Shown here piece by piece: positions 23,051 to 33,722 of a stretch of DNA of 64,000 nucleotides. A program made the position numbers and the translations under genes. A model generated the notes under the pieces. The model was not told the DNA's origin. It did no database searches and was given only the letters and a program-made list of their open reading frames with translations. The stretch's first letter is position 1. The number at the start of each line of letters is the position of its first letter. The stretch is from Trypanosoma brucei (taxonomy: Eukaryota), in NCBI GenBank assembly GCA_000002445.1, contig CM000208.1, positions 3,712,001 through 3,776,000 of the forward strand. Direction: 5' to 3'.

Positions 23051-23809
23051 ATGAACTTGGGTCAAGTGCCCCGCCCAAGGGATGAGCCCGAGCCCTTTAA
23101 CGATTTTGAGCCCCGTCGCAAGTGCTCCATATGCTGCGGTCTTCGGTGCGCTGCTGTAACTGGAGGTGCACTCTTTCTGATCGTGCTCCCATGTAATCTT
23201 ATCATGATTCGTGGACGTATATTTGATGGGCGCGGCTTCATTGGTTTTGCGGACCGGCACCTTCTCGTGCCGTTGCCATTTGCGGCTATTACTTTTACAC
23301 ATCAAATCATTCAATCGGAAGCGTTATGGAGCAAAAACAGAAAAACTCTGTGGCAGGTAAACACGCAATCTGCGGGGCTTAACATTTTGTTGTGGAGTAT
23401 ACTCACAGTTGCTTGGACAGCTGTGTCCCGGCGTCATGGTCCACGCTGGAGCCGCAGCTATCGCCTGCTGTTGTGGGATTACCGCCGAACTCGTCGGTGC
23501 TGTGCGAACAGATATTTACCCACTGCGTTTGGTCGTATAAGTGCAGACTTAGATTGGTACAACGTTTTGTGGACGGTGAGTGTCTATCATGTGTTGTGGG
23601 GGATGTTTGCCGTCATGGTGGAGCGGGGATTCGGGGCGCATTATGCAATGTTTTATCGCGATTGGCCTTATAGTCGCTGGTGCTCCCCACGCTGGCGGGA
23701 GTGGAGAGAATTGGAGGCAATGAAGTACATTAATACGGAGCAGGTTGTAGCGCCCAGTCGTTGGGGATCTTTCATTACCAATGATCGCTGGCGTTCAAGC
23801 AGCGTTTAA
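23051..23809 (+). CDS. hypothetical membrane protein (Trp/Arg-rich)
   Basis: ATG 23051. 252 aa with 3-4 hydrophobic helices (ALFLIVLPCNLIMI, LNILLWSILTVAWTAV, VLWTVSVYHVLWGMFAV). No family recognised. Confidence 0.55.
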   Translation: MNLGQVPRPRDEPEPFNDFEPRRKCSICCGLRCAAVTGGALFLIVLPCNLIMIRGRIFDGRGFIGFADRHLLVPLPFAAITFTHQIIQSEALWSKNRKTLWQVNTQSAGLNILLWSILTVAWTAVSRRHGPRWSRSYRLLLWDYRRTRRCCANRYLPTAFGRISADLDWYNVLWTVSVYHVLWGMFAVMVERGFGAHYAMFYRDWPYSRWCSPRWREWRELEAMKYINTEQVVAPSRWGSFITNDRWRSSSV

Positions 23810-24304
23810 CTTCATCTGGTTCTTGTGGTGAGGGAAAGAAGTGTGGGCGCGATATGAAAGTAAACACATTTATATTTGCATAGGGAAGGTCGCATGGTAT
23901 GGTGCGGATCCTCCTTTTGCTACTCGCACCCCCAACAAACTCCTAAATTTGGTTAAGGGTGCTCCCAAAACTTTCGTTATAAGCAAGGAGTTCTAACAAC
24001 ATATTTAAGCTAATGGGTGTGGGGCTTTCTTGTACTCGTTAAATGGGATTGAACTATTTGCAAACCTTTCCGGGCTTTTGTAGATTATTATTTTTAATAA
24101 ACTCTTCACCATTCCACCTATTCATGCGTATGCCTCCACTCCCACTAAGTCACTCTGCACACATATCAAGTGTGAACAAGAGTACAAAACGGGAGCAATA
24201 AAAGAGAAATAACAACGCTTTTTATTGTTAATAACACAGTTAAGGTAAGTCAGTTGTAAGCTAAGAAGTAGAACAGACACACAACACTACCCTTTACTGG
24301 GATA

Positions 24305-26335
24305 ATGAGTGATGTGAGTAAGTTCGTGAGGCAACTGGAGCGGCTGGTTGAAACCGGGGCGGAACCGTCGAAGATTCTCCCCGCCATTGACAAGATACTC
24401 TTTGTGGGATCAAAAAATACATTTGCGCTACGTTGCAAGGTGGTATGTCTGCTTCATCAAGACAAGCACGCGGCCGCGCTGGCTACACTTGAACAGTTGG
24501 CTGCGACCGATCCATCATTAGGCAACAAGTCGCAAGAGTACGCATTCCACAAAGCCTATTGCCACTATAGGTTATTTGATGACAGGCAGGCACAAATGGT
24601 TCTCAGCCGCGCCCCGCACACGGCAAATCACGTGCCTTCACAACATTTGCTTGCTCAAGCACACTACCGCCTAGAAGAATTCGAAGAAGCCGCTAACATA
24701 TACGAGGAACTTCTTAAAAATGAAAGATTCCGTGACGAGCAGGAAAAGGCGGAATTGCTCACAAACTATACTGCCGCCTGCACAGCGATGGACGTTCAGC
24801 GGACACAGGCAATTGTCCGCTCCGCTGATGTTAAAAATGCGGATATGTTGTATAACGTAGCTACAGCGCAGCTTGAGGTGCAGGACTATGCTGCTGCCAC
24901 ACAGACGCTAAAGCAAGCGGAGATGGTGTGCGCTCGAGCACACCCGGAAAGCCAACTGCGGTCCTTCGAAGATGTGTGCTCGAAGGTTGATGACGAGCTC
25001 CGCGCATTATTAGATGCGAAGGGATCACCAGAGCGCGCGTTCTTCGACGACGTGGCCAACATATGGGTGCAGATGGCATTTGTGCACCATGCTATCCACC
25101 ATGAGGAGAAGGCAGCGGCGCTGCTAACCTTTGTCCTGAAGTATCGTCCCCCATCGGAGGTGACTCTAGCCGTCGCCTCCATTAACTGGGCGGCTATTCA
25201 GCGTCACAAAGATTTCTTCGACACCTACCGAAAACTGAAGTCAGCTCAAAACCCAGCAGTGAATAATCGCCTAACATCACGTCAGCGGCTGCTGGTCCAC
25301 TACAACATTGCGATGCTGCTACTGAACACAGGAAACTTTACAAGATTCAAGCGGCAGGTGGAGTTGGTTGCTAGTGATTACCCTGATGCAGACCTCACAC
25401 ATGCACTAAAACTCGCTCTGGCAGTCGGTGAGACAAAGAAGAAGAAACAGTCCGGGGACAAAACAGTGAGCGAGTACTTGGACAACTACAAAAAGAGCGT
25501 AGCAGCGCAACAGCAGCAGCAACAGCGAAAGCCCGCGGTGGGACGAATGCTTCCTCTCATTGCAGCGCAGATATTCCTTGATAACAGCGACTTGGAACGT
25601 GCCATCGAGTCACTTTCCTCCGCCGCCGATGATATACAGCGGAGGCCGTGCACCCTTATGACGCTGTTCACGTGGAAGGTGCAATTGGGTGACATTTCTG
25701 GTGGAAAGCAACTTCTGAAAGAGTATGCTGGGGCTGCAATGAAGAATGTAGATGTCGTCAAGACCATCACATTATGGGCTGTACGGTTCCTATCCGCTAG
25801 GGGGCTGTATGCCGATGGTGTCGATGTCATTCAGGACGCACAAAGGGTTGCTGCAGCACTCCAGCAGGACAGGGAAGTGCTCGCCCTCATGGCACTCTGT
25901 CTTTCGTATTATGACATGCAGGCCGCTCGGTCTTGCATCGCGGGTATACCTGATGCTGACAATAAAACAGGCGCACCGTCAGGCAAGATAACTTCCTCAT
26001 TCATTAAAGAGCTCGAAGCTCAACAACCTTCGCGGCAGCGGATTGAATCCTTTGGGTATCGGCGAGTGGTTGAGGATGACGAGGAGGGCGATGGTGGACC
26101 GAAGGCGAAACGAGCGGGTCGCAGGGCGCGTCCAATGCGTAGGCCACCAAAGAATGCGGAGAGCCGAATTGACCCGGAACGATGGATTCCAATGTCACAC
26201 CGCTCGTACATAAAGGACTTGCCAGAGCGCAGGAAGCGGGAGCTGAAGCGCCTACGCGCCATCGAGCAGGAACAAAAGCGGCGGCTTGCGGAAAAGAGGA
26301 AAGTGGCTACGGCCACAGCAGACCCGTCGTCGTAG
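24305..26335 (+). CDS. SRP72: signal recognition particle 72 kDa subunit
   Basis: ATG 24305. TPR-like N-terminal two-thirds. C-terminal Lys/Arg-rich SRP72 RNA-binding signature PKNAESRIDPERWIPMSHRSY, which matches the conserved PDPERWLP...R motif. Confidence 0.8.
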   Translation: MSDVSKFVRQLERLVETGAEPSKILPAIDKILFVGSKNTFALRCKVVCLLHQDKHAAALATLEQLAATDPSLGNKSQEYAFHKAYCHYRLFDDRQAQMVLSRAPHTANHVPSQHLLAQAHYRLEEFEEAANIYEELLKNERFRDEQEKAELLTNYTAACTAMDVQRTQAIVRSADVKNADMLYNVATAQLEVQDYAAATQTLKQAEMVCARAHPESQLRSFEDVCSKVDDELRALLDAKGSPERAFFDDVANIWVQMAFVHHAIHHEEKAAALLTFVLKYRPPSEVTLAVASINWAAIQRHKDFFDTYRKLKSAQNPAVNNRLTSRQRLLVHYNIAMLLLNTGNFTRFKRQVELVASDYPDADLTHALKLALAVGETKKKKQSGDKTVSEYLDNYKKSVAAQQQQQQRKPAVGRMLPLIAAQIFLDNSDLERAIESLSSAADDIQRRPCTLMTLFTWKVQLGDISGGKQLLKEYAGAAMKNVDVVKTITLWAVRFLSARGLYADGVDVIQDAQRVAAALQQDREVLALMALCLSYYDMQAARSCIAGIPDADNKTGAPSGKITSSFIKELEAQQPSRQRIESFGYRRVVEDDEEGDGGPKAKRAGRRARPMRRPPKNAESRIDPERWIPMSHRSYIKDLPERRKRELKRLRAIEQEQKRRLAEKRKVATATADPSS

Positions 26336-27026
26336 CGAACCCTCACCCTCCCTCCACGGGGAAACAGCAGTGGGGAAACTCAGGTAAAAAGCGTAAACCC
26401 CGGAATTGTCACACAGTGTGGTGAAGGCATTGCTGTTACGGGAGTGTTGGAGTCTTTGAGTCGTCGCATTAAAACATTCCATGACGTGGCTTTGTGTGTC
26501 TGCATTCAAATGGAAATGAACTAAAATAAAACAAGTGTGGTAAGAGGAAGAAGCGGTGTGTTTATGAAGTGGGGAATGAAGGAGCAGAGCGGAAGTGCGG
26601 AGGAATGAATGGAGCAACTTGCGTCTTCTTATAATCTTTTGTACTACCGTCACTTGCCAAACCTCGAATAACCATCTACAAGCGGAAGAAGAAAAACGAA
26701 GCGGTTTAAGGGGCTCACACGGTAGTTTTTGACTTTATTCCGCATGGTGGTAGTTTCGCTTTCCCTATTTCACTACTGTCATTATTTTGTATTACCGCTT
26801 GCAATTTGTCTAGTCGAGTGAACTGGTAGTATTTTCTTGAATTTTCTCTGATTTTTTTTTTACTGTGGAAAAGAATTGGAAAGGTGAGACGAAAGGTAAA
26901 ATTATAAAAAGGGGGAAAGTACACTCACCATACATACAAGGTGGCAAGGAAAAGATTTTATTTCTAATAACTAAATAATTAAGCGTTTGGCCCTCGCTAA
27001 AATATTAAAAATATATATTATATCCG

Positions 27027-28835
27027 ATGGCCAAACCGAAGTACCTAAAAAAGAAGCAAGAAGCCGCTGCAGCGGCGGCGGCAGCTGAGCAGCAAAAAAA
27101 GGAACAAGATGGGGATCCGTCAGTGGCGAAAGGCGCAGGTGCTCCGGATGAGGAACCAAAGAGCTCCGGTGCGATGGTGGCGTTCGCGAATCCCGTGTTC
27201 CGTGACGGTGTGAGCGATATTCTTGTGGAAAAAATCGATATTAGCTACCAGGGAGTTCATATTCTGGAGAATGCCACCTTGAACCTGGTTGCGGGACACC
27301 GTTATGGTCTTGTGGGTCCTAATGGATGCGGTAAGTCAACTTTGTTGAAGGTTCTTGGCTGTCACGAAATACCGTTTCCCAAACATGTTGATAGGTATTT
27401 TGTGTCGCATGAGGTCGAAGCATCCGATATGTCAGCTATTGACGCAGTAGTGTCCGTGGACAAGGAAAAGGAGCTGCTGGAGAAAGAAATAGAGGAGTTG
27501 GCGCTTGCAGATCAGGAGGATCCTGTAGTGACGCAGCGTATGGATGACATTTACAAGCGCCTGGATGAGTTGGATGCCGACACTGCGCTAGCGCGCGCAG
27601 GGAAAATATTGTTTGGTCTTGGCTTTACGCCAGAGATGCAGTTACGGCCGACGAAGTCATTTTCTGGTGGGTGGCGTATGCGCATTTCCCTAGCTCAGGC
27701 GCTGTTCATTAATCCAACAGTTCTTCTTCTTGACGAACCAACGAACCATCTCGACATTGAGGCCGTGGTGTGGTTGGAGAACTATCTCTCCAAGTTCAAG
27801 AAAATTCTTTTCATGGTATCCCACTCGCAGGATTTCATGAATAGCGTCTGCACCAAGGTGGCTCATATGGCCCGGGGGAAGCTCGATTACTACGACGGAA
27901 ACTACGACCAGTACTGCATAACGCGTGCAGAAAAGGAGAGTAACCAGATGCGCCGCTTTCAGTGGGAACAGAACCAGATTAAGAGCATGAAAGAGTATAT
28001 TGCCCGTTTCGGTCATGGTAGTGCAAAGCTTGCACGGCAGGCCCAGTCAAAGGAAAAGACGCTTGCCCGTATGACACGTGGTGGCCTCACTGAAAATGTG
28101 GCCAAAGACAGGCAAGTAAACTTTTGGTTCCCCTGCGCGGGACCGCTTCCCCCGCCGATGCTTCAGTTCCGAGAGGTGTCTTTTGCCTACCCAGGGCGTG
28201 ACCCTCTTTTCCAGGACCTTGAACTTGGAGTAGACATGGAATCACGTATCTGTCTTGTTGGACCGAATGGTGCAGGGAAGACAACCCTGACAAAGCTAAT
28301 GTGCCGTGAGCTGGAACCCACAACTGGTTATGTTGCTAAGAATGCTCACTGCATCATTGCTCGTTTCCATCAGCACTTCGTGGATCAAATCGATTTGTCC
28401 CTTTCGCCGCTAGAATGGATGGGACAAGAGTACCCAACGGTGACCGACCCCAATATACTGCGCAGCGCGCTCGGACGATTTGGTGTATCCGGCAAGCTTC
28501 AGATGACACCCATGAACACCCTTTCGGACGGCCAGAAGTCAAGAGTGGTCTTTTCCTGGATGGCATTCAAAACGCCTCACTTGATGATTCTTGACGAGCC
28601 AACAAACCACCTTGATATTGAGTCCATTGACGCTTTGGCCGATGCGGTTAACAGTTTTGAGGGTGCTGTGGTGGTGGTTTCCCACGATCTCCGCCTCATC
28701 GCGCAGATTGCCGAAGAAATTTGGATTGTGGACCAGGGGAAATGCCGCAAGTTTGATGGTGACATCGCCGACTACAAGGAACATGTCCAGCGTGAAGTCA
28801 ACCGTATGACAGAAGACTACGCCAACCGGAAGTGA
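27027..28835 (+). CDS. ABC-F family ATPase (two nucleotide-binding domains, no TMD; translation-factor type)
   Basis: Two complete NBDs: Walker A GPNGCGKST and GPNGAGKTT; ABC signatures LSGGWRMRISLA and LSDGQKSRVVF; Walker B LLLDEPTNHLD and LMILDEPTNHLD. Lys/Ala-rich N-terminus. No membrane domain. Confidence 0.9.
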   Translation: MAKPKYLKKKQEAAAAAAAAEQQKKEQDGDPSVAKGAGAPDEEPKSSGAMVAFANPVFRDGVSDILVEKIDISYQGVHILENATLNLVAGHRYGLVGPNGCGKSTLLKVLGCHEIPFPKHVDRYFVSHEVEASDMSAIDAVVSVDKEKELLEKEIEELALADQEDPVVTQRMDDIYKRLDELDADTALARAGKILFGLGFTPEMQLRPTKSFSGGWRMRISLAQALFINPTVLLLDEPTNHLDIEAVVWLENYLSKFKKILFMVSHSQDFMNSVCTKVAHMARGKLDYYDGNYDQYCITRAEKESNQMRRFQWEQNQIKSMKEYIARFGHGSAKLARQAQSKEKTLARMTRGGLTENVAKDRQVNFWFPCAGPLPPPMLQFREVSFAYPGRDPLFQDLELGVDMESRICLVGPNGAGKTTLTKLMCRELEPTTGYVAKNAHCIIARFHQHFVDQIDLSLSPLEWMGQEYPTVTDPNILRSALGRFGVSGKLQMTPMNTLSDGQKSRVVFSWMAFKTPHLMILDEPTNHLDIESIDALADAVNSFEGAVVVVSHDLRLIAQIAEEIWIVDQGKCRKFDGDIADYKEHVQREVNRMTEDYANRK

Positions 28836-30581
28836 GTTCTTCTTGTGGACCGCTGCCGTAACATTAAGATGGAAAGGGGGAGGGAAGAGGAAGTGGAATG
28901 AACTGAAGGTGAGACAGAGTAACACGCGAAGATGGGCCTCCCGGGGCTTGAGTTGCAGAAACAGAAACGGCTAATACGAAAGGCACGAGTACGAAGGTGG
29001 TCTAATTTCTGGGATCTGAAGCCGTCACGTACGTAGGTTCTCCACTCGGTTTCGCCGATGGGAAAGGCAACACGGTCAGACAAATCTGCTTCACTACTTA
29101 CTCCGCTTCATTCGTGCAGGTTGTGCCTCTTTTTATTGTGCAACATTATCGAAACCCTTGGTTCGTTGTAACAGCTGGCACAGGGGATGGAAAAGGGCGG
29201 TGTCACAAACTGGGCTTTACCGCACTTGCACTCGTGTAAGGACCACTGAAGGTGCAACGACGTTTCGTCTTTGATGTGTGTAAAGGAGGAGGAATGTGAG
29301 GGAACAGAAAACGGAGAAAAAAACAAAGCAGTTCTTAGTCAAGGTAATACAGGTGGGGAAGTGCCTGAGCCTTGCTTACACTCTGGTTTTCACTGTAATG
29401 CAGTAATGCGCTGCAACAGCTTTTTAGTAATCTTTTCAAACCGTGGAAGTGGTCTCATCCCCTCCCGCCTTGTTTCTCCGCACATTCCCCTCTAACTGGT
29501 TACTGCCCTTAAAGTGGTAAGTTTTTTTTTTAATAGGAGGCAAGCTTCGCGTTTTCGGTCCTTTTCGTGTAGCTTACTTAGCTCACACTCTCGTTTTTTA
29601 AAAAATATCTGATAATTTCCATGTACTTAATCATTTCTTTTTCTCTACATAATTTTTCTTCACACCAAGTGCGTACATGGTATATTAGTTTAGGATTATT
29701 CGTGCGCTTGTAAAGTTCACATTAGAGGGGGGGGCTCGAAAGGATTTTGTAATGCAGCGGAAGCGGTTGGGAAAATAAGCGGCGCTCAAGAGTTGTGAAT
29801 ATTAGTTGTAATCCGAAACAAGGTCAATGGCGTGGGGAAATTCCGTTGTGGTAACGGTGTTTATCTTGTTTTTGTTCAGTCTTCATTACTCCCCGCCAGC
29901 GTGCGGAAATCGAGTACAACTTATACCCTTCAACATTGCATGTCCCACCTGGGTCGCCAGGTTGTGGAACAGATGGAAACAGCTATGTTTTCTTATTTTT
30001 TTTTCGATTGTAATTAATGTGCCGCGCTCGACACTTGCCGGCGGTGTGGACTCAGTTCCACCGGATCCCGCTTGCACGCTCTCATGCATGTGCCACCGTG
30101 TTGTGTCTTTTTTTTTTGCGTGTGTATGTGTGTGTGTGACGAGCGGCGGATATGAATGAAATTTGTGAAAGAAGGTTAAACGGCTTATTCTCGCCTATTC
30201 ACCCATTTATGGGGAACTATGTTCGATTGAGGCGTGTATGCTCATTTTTGTATTCCACAAGTGTAGAAGTGTATAAAGTCACATACATGCGCACGCACTC
30301 GTATGTGAAGGCAACAATTTCTTCCCATCTCTTCATCTTTTCTCTATTCGAACAGGGGACTCGCACCCCACATTGTGGCACAACAAAACGGTAAAAAAGA
30401 AGAAAAAGAAAAACGGGATTGCTGTTGCGCTCATTCACACGTTTCGTGGAACATAATTCGGTAAGCGTCTCCTCAAGTTGTATCCGCTGCAGATTGCTAA
30501 TTGACGTGTTAGGGGAAAGTTTCGACACCTCCCGCCAACGACAGAGGACGCGAAGACACAACGACATACCGAGTACTACCG

Positions 30582-33089
30582 ATGCAGTCTGTGAGGTTCA
30601 GCGAAGTGGTGGAGAGGGCGCTTGCGGAATCTTTCCCCTCCGCCGACACTTTTGATAGGCCCGACTTCGATCCTGTTAATTATATCAATAAGGCCTTCCC
30701 TGATGCGGCGAGTTTGTCGGAGCTTCCGGCATTTGTCGAGAGCAGCGAAGCTCGATTGAGGGAAACAGAGTGTTCATTGGTGAGGTCGGTGGAGGCACAG
30801 GCAGCGAACGCAGTGACTGCCGATAAGGATCTTCGCAACGCAAAGGCCGCTGTTGCCGCACTCTATGAACGCGTTTCAGACATCAAGTTGAAAGCAGCGA
30901 AGAGCGAGGACACCGTACATGAATTGTGTCATCAAATTCGTCAACTTGATACAGCCAAAACGAACCTAACAGCGGGCATCAACTTGCTGCGCTCGCTGCA
31001 GCTTTGGATGCTGCAACTGCAGACCCTCTCCACGGCCTTTGAGCGTGGTAAGTTCATTCAGTGCCGAGATGCGTTGGCAGAGGTGCAGAAACACTCAGTC
31101 ACGTTTAGTTCTTTGAAGAATATACCAAAAGTTAAGCAACTCTTCGATAAACAGGCAGTGCTATGTGAGAAACTCGACTACTGTATTCGCTATAAGGTTT
31201 TTGGAAGCCTTAACGTCGAGTCGCTCGACGAGAAACAGTTGTCGGAGGCGAGCGCAGTTATTGACCTCCTGGGCAACAACAGCATTCGGGCTATCCGTGA
31301 AAGTTTCATTTCCACCATGTTGGAGTCGTACACACAGCGGTTTCAACCGGGAACAGAAAGTGCTCAATTGGAACGCACCGAGCGACGGTATGTTTACATT
31401 CGTACGCTTCTTGAGCAGAATGAATCTCTTTTCCGTAATGCGTTTCCGCTTCGCTGGTGTGTGCCACAAGAGTTGTGCTTAACCTTCTGCCTCCGCACTA
31501 AGGCAGACCTGGATCAGCTTCTGAGCGAAGCAAGTGGAAACGTCGATGTGGTGGTGCTCACCTATGTACTGCAGAAAACTATTGATGTGGAGCGTGACCT
31601 AACCCATATGATGGCTTGGAAAGGGGACTTCCCCGGGAAAGAGGCATTGCCTCAGTACAGATATAATGGCATCATTCTGTCATCCTTCAAGGATCACATG
31701 AAGCTCTTTGTAGACAACGAAGACAGGCTCATGGGTGAAGCGTTATCTCAGCCCATTCTTATTGAGCCAGAAAACAGCGTGAAGGGTGGTGGGGGTGACA
31801 ATGAGGGCAGCACCGCAAAGAATGAGCCTGTGTACGGATGGGGCGAGGAGTCCGGCAGTTCTGTAGGTCTGACGATCCCCCTCTCGGCAGACCTTTTCCT
31901 ATTCATAAGGGAGAGTCTGAAGCGTGCGTTGCGTATCTCTCAGCAGGATGTGTTACTGGATATGGCCGCGGTTTGGCGGAAGTACCTCCTGCACTTTGCA
32001 GAATCTGTCGGGTCACTCATCCCCAACCCTGCCTGTACTCGACAGGATGTAAGACACGCGTGTATTATTGCGAATACAATGGAGTTGTGTCAATCTACCA
32101 GCAAAGGTCTTGGTGACGAAGTTTGTACCCGAGGCGAGGTTCCGGCTCGGGTGATGGGCTTCGAACAAGTGTCGGAGACATTCTCCGCTTTGTACAGCAA
32201 AGCCATAGTTTCCATTGTTAAGGGAATAGAAGCCAATATGACTCCCCTCATCATACAATATGGAAATGAGCGCCTCTCTAATAACATCGAAGATCACCTG
32301 GATGTTCACGATGAGTCTCCTCATATACGGTCCATGACTGCCAGCCTACACGACATGATGGAAGTTTGCGCGGTACTGCTCCCACAAACAAACCTCCGGT
32401 TTCTCCTCGACAAATTAGCCGCTACTGTGGTACCTTTGTATACCGAAATATTTTACCGATCAAAGTGCCTGTTGAGTGGCACCGCTGTAGGCCTCATGCG
32501 GGTTGACTCGTCAGCGCTGGAGCGTACGTTCGTTCAGCTCCCCAACTATAATGATCCCGAGCGCTTCGAGCCGTCAAAGGTTTCCGGGTATTTGAAACTT
32601 GTCCGGCGGGAGTTTGACCGCTTCAATCGCACGCTGAATGTATTACAGGTGGACCCCACCATGGACGCATTCGTTGATGTGTACTATGAAGCTATGTTAC
32701 CTGAGGACAGATCCATTCAAAACTTCGTGCGCCTTGTGGAAATGAAAGGACGACGGCGGGAGGACATACCGGCATGGATTGCTGCCCTTTCCAAACGAGG
32801 GGTTGTGGAGGTAACGAGACGTGACGGTCAGCGCGAGGTGGCCCGTGCTGCCACGATTAATACAAGTGAACAACCGAATTCCGGTAAAGGGTCGAAGATT
32901 TTTGGTAATCTTACCAACGTCGTTGGCCGAAATGCGCAACGGAGCGCCTCCCCAAACCCGCCACGGACCAGCGCGGCTAAAAAGACACAACTGGAAAAGG
33001 GATTTGGTGAGCGTCTGGCGGAAGCGGCGTCTTCAATGAAGTTTCTTTCTAACTTTAAGAAGGACAGCAACGACAATAGTGCTAATTAG
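30582..33089 (+). CDS. VPS53: GARP complex subunit Vps53-like
   Basis: ATG 30582. N-terminal region FDPVNYINKAFPDAASL...KAAKSEDTVHELCHQIRQLDTAKTNLTAGINLLRSLQLWML matches the conserved Vps53 N-terminal domain (FDP.EYIN.LFP, DIK.LD.AK.NLT). 835 aa, typical Vps53 size. Confidence 0.75.
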   Translation: MQSVRFSEVVERALAESFPSADTFDRPDFDPVNYINKAFPDAASLSELPAFVESSEARLRETECSLVRSVEAQAANAVTADKDLRNAKAAVAALYERVSDIKLKAAKSEDTVHELCHQIRQLDTAKTNLTAGINLLRSLQLWMLQLQTLSTAFERGKFIQCRDALAEVQKHSVTFSSLKNIPKVKQLFDKQAVLCEKLDYCIRYKVFGSLNVESLDEKQLSEASAVIDLLGNNSIRAIRESFISTMLESYTQRFQPGTESAQLERTERRYVYIRTLLEQNESLFRNAFPLRWCVPQELCLTFCLRTKADLDQLLSEASGNVDVVVLTYVLQKTIDVERDLTHMMAWKGDFPGKEALPQYRYNGIILSSFKDHMKLFVDNEDRLMGEALSQPILIEPENSVKGGGGDNEGSTAKNEPVYGWGEESGSSVGLTIPLSADLFLFIRESLKRALRISQQDVLLDMAAVWRKYLLHFAESVGSLIPNPACTRQDVRHACIIANTMELCQSTSKGLGDEVCTRGEVPARVMGFEQVSETFSALYSKAIVSIVKGIEANMTPLIIQYGNERLSNNIEDHLDVHDESPHIRSMTASLHDMMEVCAVLLPQTNLRFLLDKLAATVVPLYTEIFYRSKCLLSGTAVGLMRVDSSALERTFVQLPNYNDPERFEPSKVSGYLKLVRREFDRFNRTLNVLQVDPTMDAFVDVYYEAMLPEDRSIQNFVRLVEMKGRRREDIPAWIAALSKRGVVEVTRRDGQREVARAATINTSEQPNSGKGSKIFGNLTNVVGRNAQRSASPNPPRTSAAKKTQLEKGFGERLAEAASSMKFLSNFKKDSNDNSAN

Positions 33090-33722
33090 CTTGTCGACGC
33101 TACTTCTCCTCTATGTGCCGTTGTTTCAGTAATCTGTGCTAAGTTTGTGCAGTAATGGGCACATGTGTATCGTGTTTTCCCCTTTGCCGTAACTGGTGAC
33201 TCTGCTACTGCTAGTATGCGCCGAGTCCGTTGATCTGTTTGCTCTCTCGCCCGGTGTCTGTAGGGCCAATTTTTTTTTTTTGAAAACACAGTGACTGTGG
33301 GGGTTAGTGCTTCAATTCGCATGAATTAGCCGGTTCATCTGTTGTCTCTTGTGCTACGTTTTCTGCTCCAGTGTGTGTCCTTGTTTGGTCTTTTTACTTT
33401 CCCTATGCTTGCTGTTATATACATCGCAATCGACAAGGAGTGCAAACCACCTACTGACCCGTTGTTTTCACTTTTTAACCGTTTCTCGCCTTTTCTGCAG
33501 CGAAGTGCCACCTGATCTTACGGTGCGCGTGCACTGTCACCCGGTCAACGTGTTCCGGTGAAACGTGAGCTCAGTTCAATCGGTCGGGGAAGTCGACGTC
33601 GTAAAAGCTCTGGAAGGAAAGAAAATTAATCAATTCGGATTCGTTCCGATACCCTCTTCTCTTGTAGTTAACTAGTGAGTAGGTTGTATCGTCATCGCAT
33701 GGCTACCCTTCGGTTTCATTGA

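Noticed and set aside
29827-30159. 110-aa hydrophobic small ORF in the 1.7-kb spacer upstream of Vps53
   Set aside because: It could in principle be a small membrane protein, but it sits in T/pyrimidine-rich UTR-like sequence and contains a (GT)n run. It has no recognisable features, and hydrophobic translation is expected from T-rich DNA.
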